This document shows, in pieces, positions 36,501 through 44,811 of a DNA stretch of 54,443 nt. This DNA comes from a virus. Lineage: Duplodnaviria; Caudoviricetes. The notes below the pieces were generated by a model. It was not told the origin of the DNA. It made no database searches and worked only from the letters and a program-made list of their open reading frames with translations. The stretch's first letter is position 1; every line of letters starts with the position of its first letter. The stretch is from positions 1 through 54,443 of the IMG/VR virus record IMGVR_UViG_3300032093_000180; one strand, 5' to 3'. A program made the position numbers and the translations under genes.

Positions 36501-37022
36501 TTATGCGGCATCGAGACTGAAAGTGTAAGTGACGGTCAGCGTATCGCCGTTGACCACCGAGCGATCCCCAGGCGACTGGAAATCAGAGGCCGAGAACAAA
36601 ATGCCAGTGGTGCCGCCCTTGGTATTGTTGCTAGTCAGAAACGCGCCGCCAACGGTTGTGGTGCCGTTGATGCTGAAAGTGGCGGGAGAAGCCGAGTTGG
36701 TGATTACCGACGGGTCCGCCGTGGTGGCGGTGCCAAACGTCACAGCCGGACGAGTGGCTTGGCTGTAGGCTGTCACTTCAGTCCAACCAATATGGGACGC
36801 CATCGTGTCACCGGCAGCAGGGCTGTTGGTAGCGCCAGAGCCGTACAGGCCAATGTACCAAACGGCTGTGTAACCAGAGCCAGAAAAGTACTTGGTGTTC
36901 ATGTCTTGCAGGCCCTCGTTGACCACAAGGTTGTGGTTTTCCTCGGCCCACTTCAAATTCCCATCCTTGTCAAAGCACTGAACGGTGAACACGCCACCGG
37001 CTTTAAGTTTTTCGTTGAACAT
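36501..37022 (-). CDS. Virion structural protein (beta-rich)
   Basis: NLVVNEG, WYIGL, GILFSA, GDTLTVTYTF; AAGGAG RBS. Confidence 0.72.
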   Translation of the reverse strand: MFNEKLKAGGVFTVQCFDKDGNLKWAEENHNLVVNEGLQDMNTKYFSGSGYTAVWYIGLYGSGATNSPAAGDTMASHIGWTEVTAYSQATRPAVTFGTATTADPSVITNSASPATFSINGTTTVGGAFLTSNNTKGGTTGILFSASDFQSPGDRSVVNGDTLTVTYTFSLDAA

Positions 37023-37031
37023 GGTTGCTCC

Positions 37032-37454
37032 TTAAATGAGGCGGATTAAAGCAGATGTGCTGGTGTTGGCGGGCATCTGCACGGTGAAAGTGGTGGTCGA
37101 TGTTTTGTCAGACCCAAAGTCCAGCACGCACACAGCGCCGTTGGCCCCCGGCGTGTAGATCAAGGCACCACGGGCCGTGATTGCTCCCGTCCACGCTGGA
37201 GACGAAAAGTTGATGTACGTAGTACTGCCGCTTGCGGTGTCTTGGCTTGAGACTGTGGCCGTGACAATCTCTCCACCAGCAACGTAATTGCCACCAGAGG
37301 CTTCACCAGTCGAGGTGTACTCGGTGGTGGTCTGGTCCAGCGTGGCTGAGTTGGTGTACAGCGCCAGATAGAACGTGTCCGAGGCGAAGTTGATCGTGCC
37401 GTTGGCCAGACCCGACCGCAGCGTGTTGCAGGAGTAGTTACCGGTAAAGGCCAC
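37032..37454 (-). CDS. Virion structural protein (beta-rich)
   Basis: FYLALYT, Y.AGG, ITARGALIY, AVCVLDFGSDKT. Confidence 0.72.
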   Translation of the reverse strand: MAFTGNYSCNTLRSGLANGTINFASDTFYLALYTNSATLDQTTTEYTSTGEASGGNYVAGGEIVTATVSSQDTASGSTTYINFSSPAWTGAITARGALIYTPGANGAVCVLDFGSDKTSTTTFTVQMPANTSTSALIRLI

Positions 37455-38084
37455 TCAGATCACCTCAAAACTGTTTGCTTTGCGCACATTGTCTATCCAA
37501 GGTATCACTTGAATATTGTTTGGCACGTGCAAGCCAGAGACCATCTCACCTTGTAGCGGGATGATGTGGTCTACATGCCACGGAAACCCAAACATTTTGG
37601 TGCGCAACACGGCCAAATTGTACGCCTCTTTCAGCAACCATTTGTCGTCTTCCGTAAGCCAAGCGGGTGTACGGCGAATTTTTGCCAGCCTACGCGCAAC
37701 GGTATCCGAATTGACCCTACCCCTGTTTTTTTCTTTAGTCTTTTTTGCGTATTGTTTTACTTTTTCAGGATTCTTTTTGCTCCAAGCAGCGATGCCAGCA
37801 AGAAACTTTTCTCGGTTGTTTTTTCTGTACTCCGCGTCGGATGCACGTTTTTTTGCAATTAACTCTGGCTTCTGGCGCGCCTTTTCTGCGTCTTTACGCG
37901 CCTGAGCCTTGGTGCGCTCTGGATTTGAACGTCGGCTACGGCGCAGTATTTCTTTGGCACACTCCGCGCAAGCACCAGACACCCTGCGAAGACCTTCAAG
38001 CTGCGGATGTTTTTTACAAACACTGCCGTAGCACGTTGGCAAGTCCAGGGCTTTGGCTTCCTGTCGTGTGTGCCTGGGCATCAT
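37455..38084 (-). CDS. HNH homing endonuclease
   Basis: CKKH...CAEC zinc site, RTPAWLT, WHVDHIIPLQGEMVSGLHVPNNIQ...N; AT-rich. Confidence 0.9.
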   Translation of the reverse strand: MMPRHTRQEAKALDLPTCYGSVCKKHPQLEGLRRVSGACAECAKEILRRSRRSNPERTKAQARKDAEKARQKPELIAKKRASDAEYRKNNREKFLAGIAAWSKKNPEKVKQYAKKTKEKNRGRVNSDTVARRLAKIRRTPAWLTEDDKWLLKEAYNLAVLRTKMFGFPWHVDHIIPLQGEMVSGLHVPNNIQVIPWIDNVRKANSFEVI

Positions 38085-39028
38085 GCTACACCGTTGTTTT
38101 GGGGGAGCGGCGACAACCTGTACTGGCCGGACCTATAACTGTCCGATCTCTCAAGTCCATCACCCAGACGTTTAGCCAGAGCCAGGGCTTCTTTGTACTT
38201 ACCGTCGTACAAGGCCATCATGTCGGCCTCACCCTTCATGTAGGTGTAAGCCTCAACCAGAGTGCCGTAGAGCAACACGCTGTCAAAGTTGTCGCCCAGC
38301 CAAGAAGTGCCCTCAGCGTTGAGCACGGACAGCACCGGGGCAGAGAAGCCCGATCCCGTACCACCAATAGAAGATGCCGCCGCAGACATGGTGTTGCCAA
38401 CCACATACTTGCTGCCGTACTCAGAAATGGTGACCGAGAACACAGAACCCCCAGCGACCACAATCGTGGCCTTTGCGCCCTCACCTGTACCGCCCGTCAG
38501 CGGCACATCGTAGTACGTACCATTGACGTATCCAGTTCCACCCGTGATGGTGCCAATACCATTAAGCTGGCCACGGATGATGGACACCGGGTAGTAGTAA
38601 TAGTGCAACTCAACCGAGTACGCGCTGTCGGGTGTCGGCCCAAGGATAAAGCTCAACTCGTTGGTAATCTGTGGGTTTGCCCCAGATGTCGTGGTCGGAC
38701 CAAACAGCGCGTAATATTTGGGGATGGCAGTGTCGTTGGGGCTTGGGTACGCCTGACGGATGAAGTTCACATCTTTGTTCAACAAGTACTCGTACGACCC
38801 GGTGGCATCAATGACAGCCATTGAATAGGCCGCAAGAAAGTCGGTCGGGCACGACAGGTACTTGTTGTTGATCGAAGTGAAGCCTGTCACGTTCTTCCGC
38901 AACGACGGAAACTGGACCGTGTTGTAGATGCGCTGCTCGGCCTGACGGATGAACGTGTTCATGTCCACGTTCGGGACATTGTTCTCCGTGTAGTTCGTTA
39001 CAGCAGTGACAAGTTCGTCGTACGTCAT
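38081..39028 (-). CDS. Head-tail adaptor protein
   Basis: MTYDEL...FIRQAEQRI, PKYYA, GPTPD, LLYGTLVEAY.YMK. Confidence 0.75.
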   Translation of the reverse strand: MTYDELVTAVTNYTENNVPNVDMNTFIRQAEQRIYNTVQFPSLRKNVTGFTSINNKYLSCPTDFLAAYSMAVIDATGSYEYLLNKDVNFIRQAYPSPNDTAIPKYYALFGPTTTSGANPQITNELSFILGPTPDSAYSVELHYYYYPVSIIRGQLNGIGTITGGTGYVNGTYYDVPLTGGTGEGAKATIVVAGGSVFSVTISEYGSKYVVGNTMSAAASSIGGTGSGFSAPVLSVLNAEGTSWLGDNFDSVLLYGTLVEAYTYMKGEADMMALYDGKYKEALALAKRLGDGLERSDSYRSGQYRLSPLPQNNGVA

Positions 39029-39029
39029 A

Positions 39030-39278
39030 TTAAGCCATTGGACCCCGAGACACTTTACCTTTGGTTGCCGCGCCGCCGCCACGCATCATCGTGCCGCTGG
39101 TTTTGGTCGGCTCATAGTCTTGGCTGCGGGTGTTAGCCACAGACACATTGGCCTTGCGCATGGTCTCTTTGGCGGGCTCTTCACCCACCACGACAGATGG
39201 ATAGACCTTGGGCTGGATGTATTTTCCAATCGGGTCTTTTGTCTCCGCCGGAAAATACTTGAAGTCGTCGGTGTTCAT
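39030..39278 (-). CDS. Small late protein (RGGGAATKG...GPMA tail)
   Basis: GGAGG RBS; operon position. Confidence 0.75.
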   Translation of the reverse strand: MNTDDFKYFPAETKDPIGKYIQPKVYPSVVVGEEPAKETMRKANVSVANTRSQDYEPTKTSGTMMRGGGAATKGKVSRGPMA

Positions 39279-39279
39279 A

Positions 39280-39447
39280 TCAGCCTCCCTTGCGGCCAGG
39301 GCTACGCTGGTTCATGACCTTGGCCATGTTGCGCCCGTACTTGAGCATGTCGGCGTTGGTCTTACCACCAGCCTTCAGCTTGGTCAGGGGTTTGCCGGGG
39401 TGCATGGCTTTCTCGTGTTTATGCACAGCCTTCTTTGCGTCCATCAT
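39280..39447 (-). CDS. Small basic late protein
   Basis: AVHKHEKAMH...LKAGGK...GRNMAKV; AAGGAG RBS. Confidence 0.75.
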   Translation of the reverse strand: MMDAKKAVHKHEKAMHPGKPLTKLKAGGKTNADMLKYGRNMAKVMNQRSPGRKGG

Positions 39448-39457
39448 GATCGACTCC

Positions 39458-39880
39458 TTATGTCGTTGCAACCGTAATTGTGCCCAAATTCACCGCCAGA
39501 ACCAAATTATTTGGCGTTTCAGCGGCGGTAAAAAACGAAGAACCTCCAACGGGATTCCAGCCCCACTGGAATATACGACTACCAGCTTCTACCGATCCAG
39601 TACCCAACGGCCCAGAACCCGTTTCAATCTGCAACCCACTGGTGCCTGAAAGCCTGTAGCTGCGGTCAGGGCGAGGGTTCCGCAAACCCTGTGGGTCATC
39701 CACCGGGTACATACCCAACTGCAACTGTGGCTGGTCTGGGTCCCAGCATTCCGGGCACACCAACAACTCATAGTTCTTGGTCTTGATGACCTCGCGCTTG
39801 AGCATTTTGAGCTTGAAGCGCTGATCACAGCGATCACACTGGGCAATCGCATACTTACCACTGGCAAACCTATTGCCCAT
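39458..39880 (-). CDS. Zinc-finger late protein
   Basis: CDRC...VCPECWDPDQPQ, DPQGLRNPRPD. Confidence 0.8.
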   Translation of the reverse strand: MGNRFASGKYAIAQCDRCDQRFKLKMLKREVIKTKNYELLVCPECWDPDQPQLQLGMYPVDDPQGLRNPRPDRSYRLSGTSGLQIETGSGPLGTGSVEAGSRIFQWGWNPVGGSSFFTAAETPNNLVLAVNLGTITVATT

Positions 39881-40818
39881 TAGTAAGTGCTCCCGATGAA
39901 CTGCTGGCGCGGCACAAACCGGATTGCCGCCTTCTCACGATCCTCATCAGCGGCCAACTGCCACGCCTCGTCGTATTGAGCTTTCAGGATGGCCAGACGC
40001 TCCATCCCCCCGGGAATCTTCCCGGCGATGTAATAGGACAGACCCGCCGCCATGCAGGGGATGAACCTGAACGGCACATCCATGATGTTCACACCGCCAC
40101 CGGCATCCTGCGTACGGCGCAGCCGCCAGTACACAAACTGGTACTGCTGAGCGTTGTCCGGTGTCGGCCAGACCGTGATAGCCGGAAGCTGCTGCCAGTA
40201 GACCGTTGACCCGTTGTTGTGAGATGCCGCCGTGGTATCGGCCTGACCCCTAAAGCAGTTGTATAGGGTATTCCCTGAGATGTACCCATAGTTGATGATC
40301 TCAGAGTCAATCTTAATGAACCCGGTGGCAGGCAGGCCAACCACAGAGTTGAGGGTGATCTCAGTGACGGTGGCGTTGATTCCACCCACTTGGCTGATGG
40401 ACAAGCCGGTTGGGCTCTGCTGGCCGTTGTACCGCTGAACCCAGACTTGGATTGGGCGGGCCTGCTGGAGCTTGTTGGGCAGAGTGGCATAGGTTGAGAC
40501 GCTGATCCGAGTGATGGTCAGGTCTGCCTGAGTCGCAGCCACGTTGGCCCCGGTGCGGATCACATGCTCCAGAAGATCAATTGTGTCGGTTGGCAGGGCG
40601 TAGGTGTTCTGACCCTGCACAAGGTCAATCGTGCCCTGCTCAATGGTCCAGAGGTTGATGCCCCGATTGGCCCAGTCGGCAAACATGATGTTGAGCGAAC
40701 GACGGGCGGTCTTGAGATCGTAGCCCGTGCGCAACTCTGAACCGGCACGCTCAAACGCTTCCTCGACCAGTTCAGTCAGGTCGAGGTTAAAACTGCTTGC
40801 GCCTGATGTGGTGGCCAT
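39880..40818 (-). CDS. Head-tail connector / tail tubular A-like protein
   Basis: EEAFERAG, ARRSLN, WANRGINLW, WPTPD, PFRFIPC..AGL.YY. Confidence 0.75.
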   Translation of the reverse strand: MATTSGASSFNLDLTELVEEAFERAGSELRTGYDLKTARRSLNIMFADWANRGINLWTIEQGTIDLVQGQNTYALPTDTIDLLEHVIRTGANVAATQADLTITRISVSTYATLPNKLQQARPIQVWVQRYNGQQSPTGLSISQVGGINATVTEITLNSVVGLPATGFIKIDSEIINYGYISGNTLYNCFRGQADTTAASHNNGSTVYWQQLPAITVWPTPDNAQQYQFVYWRLRRTQDAGGGVNIMDVPFRFIPCMAAGLSYYIAGKIPGGMERLAILKAQYDEAWQLAADEDREKAAIRFVPRQQFIGSTY

Positions 40819-41057
40819 TACCTATACCTCGCCGTCTTCGCCGCCACCTTGGGTGGTTGCTTTACAAATTGTTTTCCAACCTTTTTGCCTGCCCGCTTGG
40901 CACGAGTTGTGGCAGCATACTCAGCGGGAGTCAACGCCTTGATGGCTTTCTCAGGCAGATATCGCTCACCCGTCTTGGAAGACGGTTTGCCGGACTTGGT
41001 GCGCCACTTTTGGTCACCCCAGTCCTTGAGCGATTGCTGCGGGTCTTTAATCGCCAT
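40818..41057 (-). CDS. DUF5872-like small basic protein
   Basis: QQSLKDWGDQKWRTKSGK...ERYLPEKA. Confidence 0.75.
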   Translation of the reverse strand: MAIKDPQQSLKDWGDQKWRTKSGKPSSKTGERYLPEKAIKALTPAEYAATTRAKRAGKKVGKQFVKQPPKVAAKTARYR

Positions 41058-41505
41058 CGCCGTAACTCCCAAATGCCTCAAGATATTCTACGGCGTTGCG
41101 TAAGATTGCCGGGCTGTCTTTAAACATGCCCAACGCACGGTTGCACTGCTTGCACAAAACGCCACGAAACTCACCTGTATCGTGGTTGTGGTCAATTGCG
41201 CTATCTATCAAAGTGACCTGCGTTTTACAAATTGCACAGCAGCCTTCTTGCCGCTCGTACCGATCCACAAGTTGTTCAGGAGTGATGCCGCGTCTTGAGC
41301 ATCGCTTTGCCAATGTCCAAGGGTCTTTCTCACGATACTCAGCCACTCTGTGCTGGTTGTTTTCTGTCCAGTCTTTGTGCCGCCTATAAAGACATGCGTT
41401 GCAGTGACTCTTGTACAGGTGCGACATTTGACCGCCGCGACTGCGGAAGGCAGTCAGCGGTTTTGTCTCTCCGCAATCTGTGCAAGTTTTTACTGCTTCA
41501 GTCAC
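41047..41505 (-). CDS. Endonuclease VII-like homing endonuclease
   Basis: KTCTDC...CNAC finger; QEGCCAIC, IDHNHDTGEFRGVLCKQCNRALG. Confidence 0.9.
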   Translation of the reverse strand: MTEAVKTCTDCGETKPLTAFRSRGGQMSHLYKSHCNACLYRRHKDWTENNQHRVAEYREKDPWTLAKRCSRRGITPEQLVDRYERQEGCCAICKTQVTLIDSAIDHNHDTGEFRGVLCKQCNRALGMFKDSPAILRNAVEYLEAFGSYGDGD

Positions 41506-41785
41506 GGTACCCGCCACCCTTAGCTTTATATTGTTTGGCTAACAACTGGCTTTTACGGGCCGACCATTGGCCTGCGCCTGTACCCTGCACTGCCCGGGAC
41601 TTGATTGACTCAAACAGCGACTTGCGCATGCCCGGCTTGGTATAGACGCCAGCCTGATTGACCTTGGATTTGGTCTTGCCACCAGCCGCGTACTGATCAA
41701 AGTCAGTATCGTCCCTACGGGCCTTGCGTTTTGGCCCGGGCATTTTGCTGGGGTTAATGGCCCCCATGCCACGGCTGGCCATCAT
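41498..41785 (-). CDS. Small basic late protein (YTKP...GQWSARK...GGGY)
   Basis: Motif usually found with the DUF5872 module. Confidence 0.78.
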   Translation of the reverse strand: MMASRGMGAINPSKMPGPKRKARRDDTDFDQYAAGGKTKSKVNQAGVYTKPGMRKSLFESIKSRAVQGTGAGQWSARKSQLLAKQYKAKGGGYRD

Positions 41786-41787
41786 GG

Positions 41788-42024
41788 CTACACCATCTTG
41801 CCACGGGTGTGGCCCTTAGTAATGCAGCCATCGGCGCGAGTGACGCCACCATTGGCCCGCCTCTGCGTGGAAGGGGGAGGAGGGGGAGGAGGCGTGGTGC
41901 TGGTAAGAGAGCCCATATAAGCGCTCTCCAGCTTGGGGGCCATCTGTTTATCCTTCTCCTCCTGAATCATCTGCTGTTCAGCGGGGGTCAGGGTCTGTTT
42001 GGGCTTTTTGGATTTATCCGACAT
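41788..42024 (-). CDS. Small late protein with RADG...KGHTRG tail
   Basis: Shares C-terminal motif with neighbours. Confidence 0.78.
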   Translation of the reverse strand: MSDKSKKPKQTLTPAEQQMIQEEKDKQMAPKLESAYMGSLTSTTPPPPPPPSTQRRANGGVTRADGCITKGHTRGKMV

Positions 42025-42033
42025 GGTGTCACC

Positions 42034-43017
42034 TTAGTACATCTTGCACTTGGTTTTGCCTTTGGAGGCGATGCCATCGGCGCGTTTGGAAGCGGAAGAC
42101 ACTCCACCAGAAGCCATTTTCTTTGGCTTGGCTTTGACTGCGCCGCCTTTTTTGAACCCCCGGGCCAAACGCTCCATTGGGTCAAGACTCAACGCCGCAT
42201 CAATACGGCGCTGTTCCGCCGCTGCGCGGTTCTGCGCTGCCGCTGCCGCCTCTTGTTCCTGCCGCCTACGGACAGCAGCCAAGACAGCCTTATCCTTCTC
42301 GCGCATCTGTTGCACGATGTTACGGGCACTGCCTGGAGGGGCCGGGGGTGTAGCGGCTGCTGCGGCTTCTGCCGCCTGTCGTTGACGGTATGCCTGAAAC
42401 GCCGCAGGCCCAGCGTAAATGCTGGGAGCGCCAGCGGCCCGAGCCGTAGGCGCGCCAAGAGTCGTTTGTGTAAGTTGCCGCCTAAGGGGCATTTCAGCGT
42501 TGGCTGCGTTACGGATGGCCGAAGCCTCACTTGCGCCGACCGCTGCGGACGACAGATTGGCCAGCCGAGGGTCATACCCACGAGGCATATCCACCTGCGC
42601 CATATCGTTGTAGCCACCAAGGTCCAAATAGCCAGAACCAGAGCCAGTACTACGAGCGGCGGCGGGGGCAGCGGCGGTAATGCTGCGAGCGACAGAGGCG
42701 GCGGGAGCGGCAGGGGCAGGGGCAGCGGCGGCAACAGGGGCGACAGCGGCAGGGGGACGATACGTAGAACCACCGGGTTCCCGATCATCATCAAAAGTCA
42801 ACCTTGCGGCAGCATCCGCATACAAATCCGCTGGACTCATATCTCCGCGAACGGACGGCGGGCGGTCAGTCCCGAGATAGTCCACAGGAACTTGACTTGC
42901 CGGGACCTCATAGGACTTGCGCTCACGCCCCGGGCCAAAGAAGGTATAGCCCAACGCGCCCAGCGCAGCAAGGCCAGCTAAATCACGTGAACGTGAGGAA
43001 CGAGAACGTCGAGCCAT
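42034..43017 (-). CDS. Low-complexity late protein with RADG...KGKTK tail
   Basis: AGGAGG RBS; Ala/Pro-rich; shared C-terminal motif. Confidence 0.75.
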   Translation of the reverse strand: MARRSRSSRSRDLAGLAALGALGYTFFGPGRERKSYEVPASQVPVDYLGTDRPPSVRGDMSPADLYADAAARLTFDDDREPGGSTYRPPAAVAPVAAAAPAPAAPAASVARSITAAAPAAARSTGSGSGYLDLGGYNDMAQVDMPRGYDPRLANLSSAAVGASEASAIRNAANAEMPLRRQLTQTTLGAPTARAAGAPSIYAGPAAFQAYRQRQAAEAAAAATPPAPPGSARNIVQQMREKDKAVLAAVRRRQEQEAAAAAQNRAAAEQRRIDAALSLDPMERLARGFKKGGAVKAKPKKMASGGVSSASKRADGIASKGKTKCKMY

Positions 43018-43029
43018 GTCGGCCTCCTA

Positions 43030-43515
43030 TCAGCAGGCGTAGCCGCCCTTTTTCATACCCAGCGGCTTGGATGCACCCATCTTGACCTGCATGCCTTTGG
43101 TCTTGCCCTTCGTTGCAACGCCATCTTTGCTGGGAGCGGCGGTGCGGACGGTGCCCATTTTGGCGGTAGTGATGCCACCGTTGGCCATCTTCTTCATACC
43201 GGCCTCTTTCATCTCATGCTTGATCATGGACTTAGGTGCGCCCTTCTTCTTCATGAAGGACACTTCCTTTTTCATCATCTCTTTCGATTCTTTCATGTCA
43301 CCACCTCTTGCAAAAAATTCCTGCTTGCCTTGATTGGTTTTGGGCTTGTTAATGGCCTGCACATTTGCACGGCTCCCAGACCCAAACCGCTTACCCTTGT
43401 CTGCCTGCATGAACTCTTTGCCGACAGACTGTGGGATTCCTACGCGCTTGGCAGCGGCGGGGCTGTTGGCCACCATCGCCATCAAGTTGTGCTGTTTCTT
43501 GCTAACCGAGGGCAC
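43030..43515 (-). CDS. Lys/Met-rich late protein
   Basis: PSVSKKQHNLMAMVA start; GG motifs; KDGVATKGKTKG. Confidence 0.78.
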   Translation of the reverse strand: MPSVSKKQHNLMAMVANSPAAAKRVGIPQSVGKEFMQADKGKRFGSGSRANVQAINKPKTNQGKQEFFARGGDMKESKEMMKKEVSFMKKKGAPKSMIKHEMKEAGMKKMANGGITTAKMGTVRTAAPSKDGVATKGKTKGMQVKMGASKPLGMKKGGYAC

Positions 43516-43750
43516 TGCGCTGCTCCTTCATGAAGTCGTCAATCTTCTTCTCAAGCCGATCCAGCCGATCCAAGACGCGATTGATGTCCGTATGCACCTC
43601 TGCTTTGGTGACATACTCTTTCGCAATCTCTTCCCGAGTGCGGTTGAGAAGAATCTGGATGCGCTTCATCTCGTCCGTGGACATCTTCACCCAGAACAGA
43701 ATCAGGGCGGAGACAAGGGAGAGCGCAGCGTTCCACAGCGTTACGTCCAT
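43502..43750 (-). CDS. Single-TM coiled-coil protein
   Basis: N-terminal TM helix, TREEIAKEYVTK, DRLEKKID. Confidence 0.75.
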   Translation of the reverse strand: MDVTLWNAALSLVSALILFWVKMSTDEMKRIQILLNRTREEIAKEYVTKAEVHTDINRVLDRLDRLEKKIDDFMKEQRSALG

Positions 43751-43751
43751 G

Positions 43752-44006
43752 TCAGCAGTTCCACGCCCTCAGGCTTTTGTTGATACGGCTGTTTGGGTCC
43801 TTCTTGGCCTTCTCGCCGGTCAACTTCTTCTTCATGCCTTCCATACGGGCGCAAAAAGAGTCTCGGCGTGAGCCGCCCTCGGGCTGCGGAGGCTTGAGCC
43901 CCGGCTTGCCCGGATTGGCTTTGTTGTAGGAGGCTCGCCCCTTGGCGTTGAGTCCGCCCTTGGGGTTCTTGCCTTCCTTGCGCTGCCATGCTGCGGTCTT
44001 AGCCAT
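43752..44006 (-). CDS. DUF6321-like small basic protein
   Basis: AWQRKEGKNPKGGLNAKGR, RRDSFCARM, RINKSLRAWNC. Confidence 0.75.
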   Translation of the reverse strand: MAKTAAWQRKEGKNPKGGLNAKGRASYNKANPGKPGLKPPQPEGGSRRDSFCARMEGMKKKLTGEKAKKDPNSRINKSLRAWNC

Positions 44007-44286
44007 AGAAGATCGTGACTGCGGCAGCATCACCTGTGTCGCAGAACACCCCGTTATCAGCCCGAATGCCTTCGCCGGGGATCACAACAGTGTGTGCTCC
44101 AGCCGCTGTAACACCCAGACGCAACAATACATTGCCAGACGCAGCCGAGGCGTTGTCATAGAAAACAACTGGGTTGTTTCCGCCAGCGGTCACCGAGATG
44201 TACGCACCTTTGATGCGCACTGAGTACGGAACCATCGCCGCGTCAGACGCCGTGTAGGCGGCTTTTACGTCATATTGCATGGCCAT
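43999..44286 (-). CDS. Small beta-rich virion protein (head decoration candidate)
   Basis: AGGAGG RBS; FYDNASAASG, IPGEGI, VTIFYG. Confidence 0.7.
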   Translation of the reverse strand: MAMQYDVKAAYTASDAAMVPYSVRIKGAYISVTAGGNNPVVFYDNASAASGNVLLRLGVTAAGAHTVVIPGEGIRADNGVFCDTGDAAAVTIFYG

Positions 44287-44298
44287 GTCGGCCTCCTA

Positions 44299-44721
44299 TT
44301 AAGCCGTACGGCTGAAGGTGTAGGCGGTGGCGCTGGAGAACATCAGGGTGAAACGGGCCAAGCCAGTCGCACCAGCAGCAATAGTCAGGTCACCAAAGTT
44401 GGCGGTACTCCCATCCACGCCAGCACTGGACAGGACTGCGTTGGTATTTGCGGCCACAGTCACAACGCTTGCGCCTGCGGTGTTGTCAACAAACAAGTCC
44501 AGAACCGTGCCACGAGCCGCGCCGATGGCGGTGCCCAGATCAGTGCCAGTGGGCAGGGTGATCGTAACGGTACCAGCCGAAGTGGAGGTGATATAGCCGT
44601 CAGCAACCTGGGCCGGGGTGGCGGTACCAGTGGTGTTGATTGCGTTAAGGGAAGTGGGTTGGTGGCCTTGAATAAAACCGTTTTGCGAAACGACCGGGCC
44701 GGAGAACGTAGTACGTGCCAT
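44299..44721 (-). CDS. Head decoration/fibre protein candidate
   Basis: MARTTFSGPV start, ITLPTG; first gene after capsid terminator. Confidence 0.7.
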   Translation of the reverse strand: MARTTFSGPVVSQNGFIQGHQPTSLNAINTTGTATPAQVADGYITSTSAGTVTITLPTGTDLGTAIGAARGTVLDLFVDNTAGASVVTVAANTNAVLSSAGVDGSTANFGDLTIAAGATGLARFTLMFSSATAYTFSRTA

Positions 44722-44811
44722 GATTCCTCACATGCGAGTTAATTGAGGGCGTTCTGTCTGCATGTCGTCAGCCGGGACTGTCAGAAACGCCGGGAACCCC
44801 GGGATGTGGCC

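Noticed and set aside
41047-41505. Group I intron around the EndoVII gene
   Set aside because: The ORF overlaps both flanking genes, leaving no room for intron core structure; each flank has its own start and stop
42034-42048. C-terminal CKMY as a CaaX prenylation box for the DDxxD enzyme
   Set aside because: Paralogous tails have Gly at that position, and CaaX transferases use a different fold; probably coincidence
41809-42981. 390-aa plus-strand ORF
   Set aside because: Antisense shadow of GC-rich minus-strand genes; no RBS or recognisable motif
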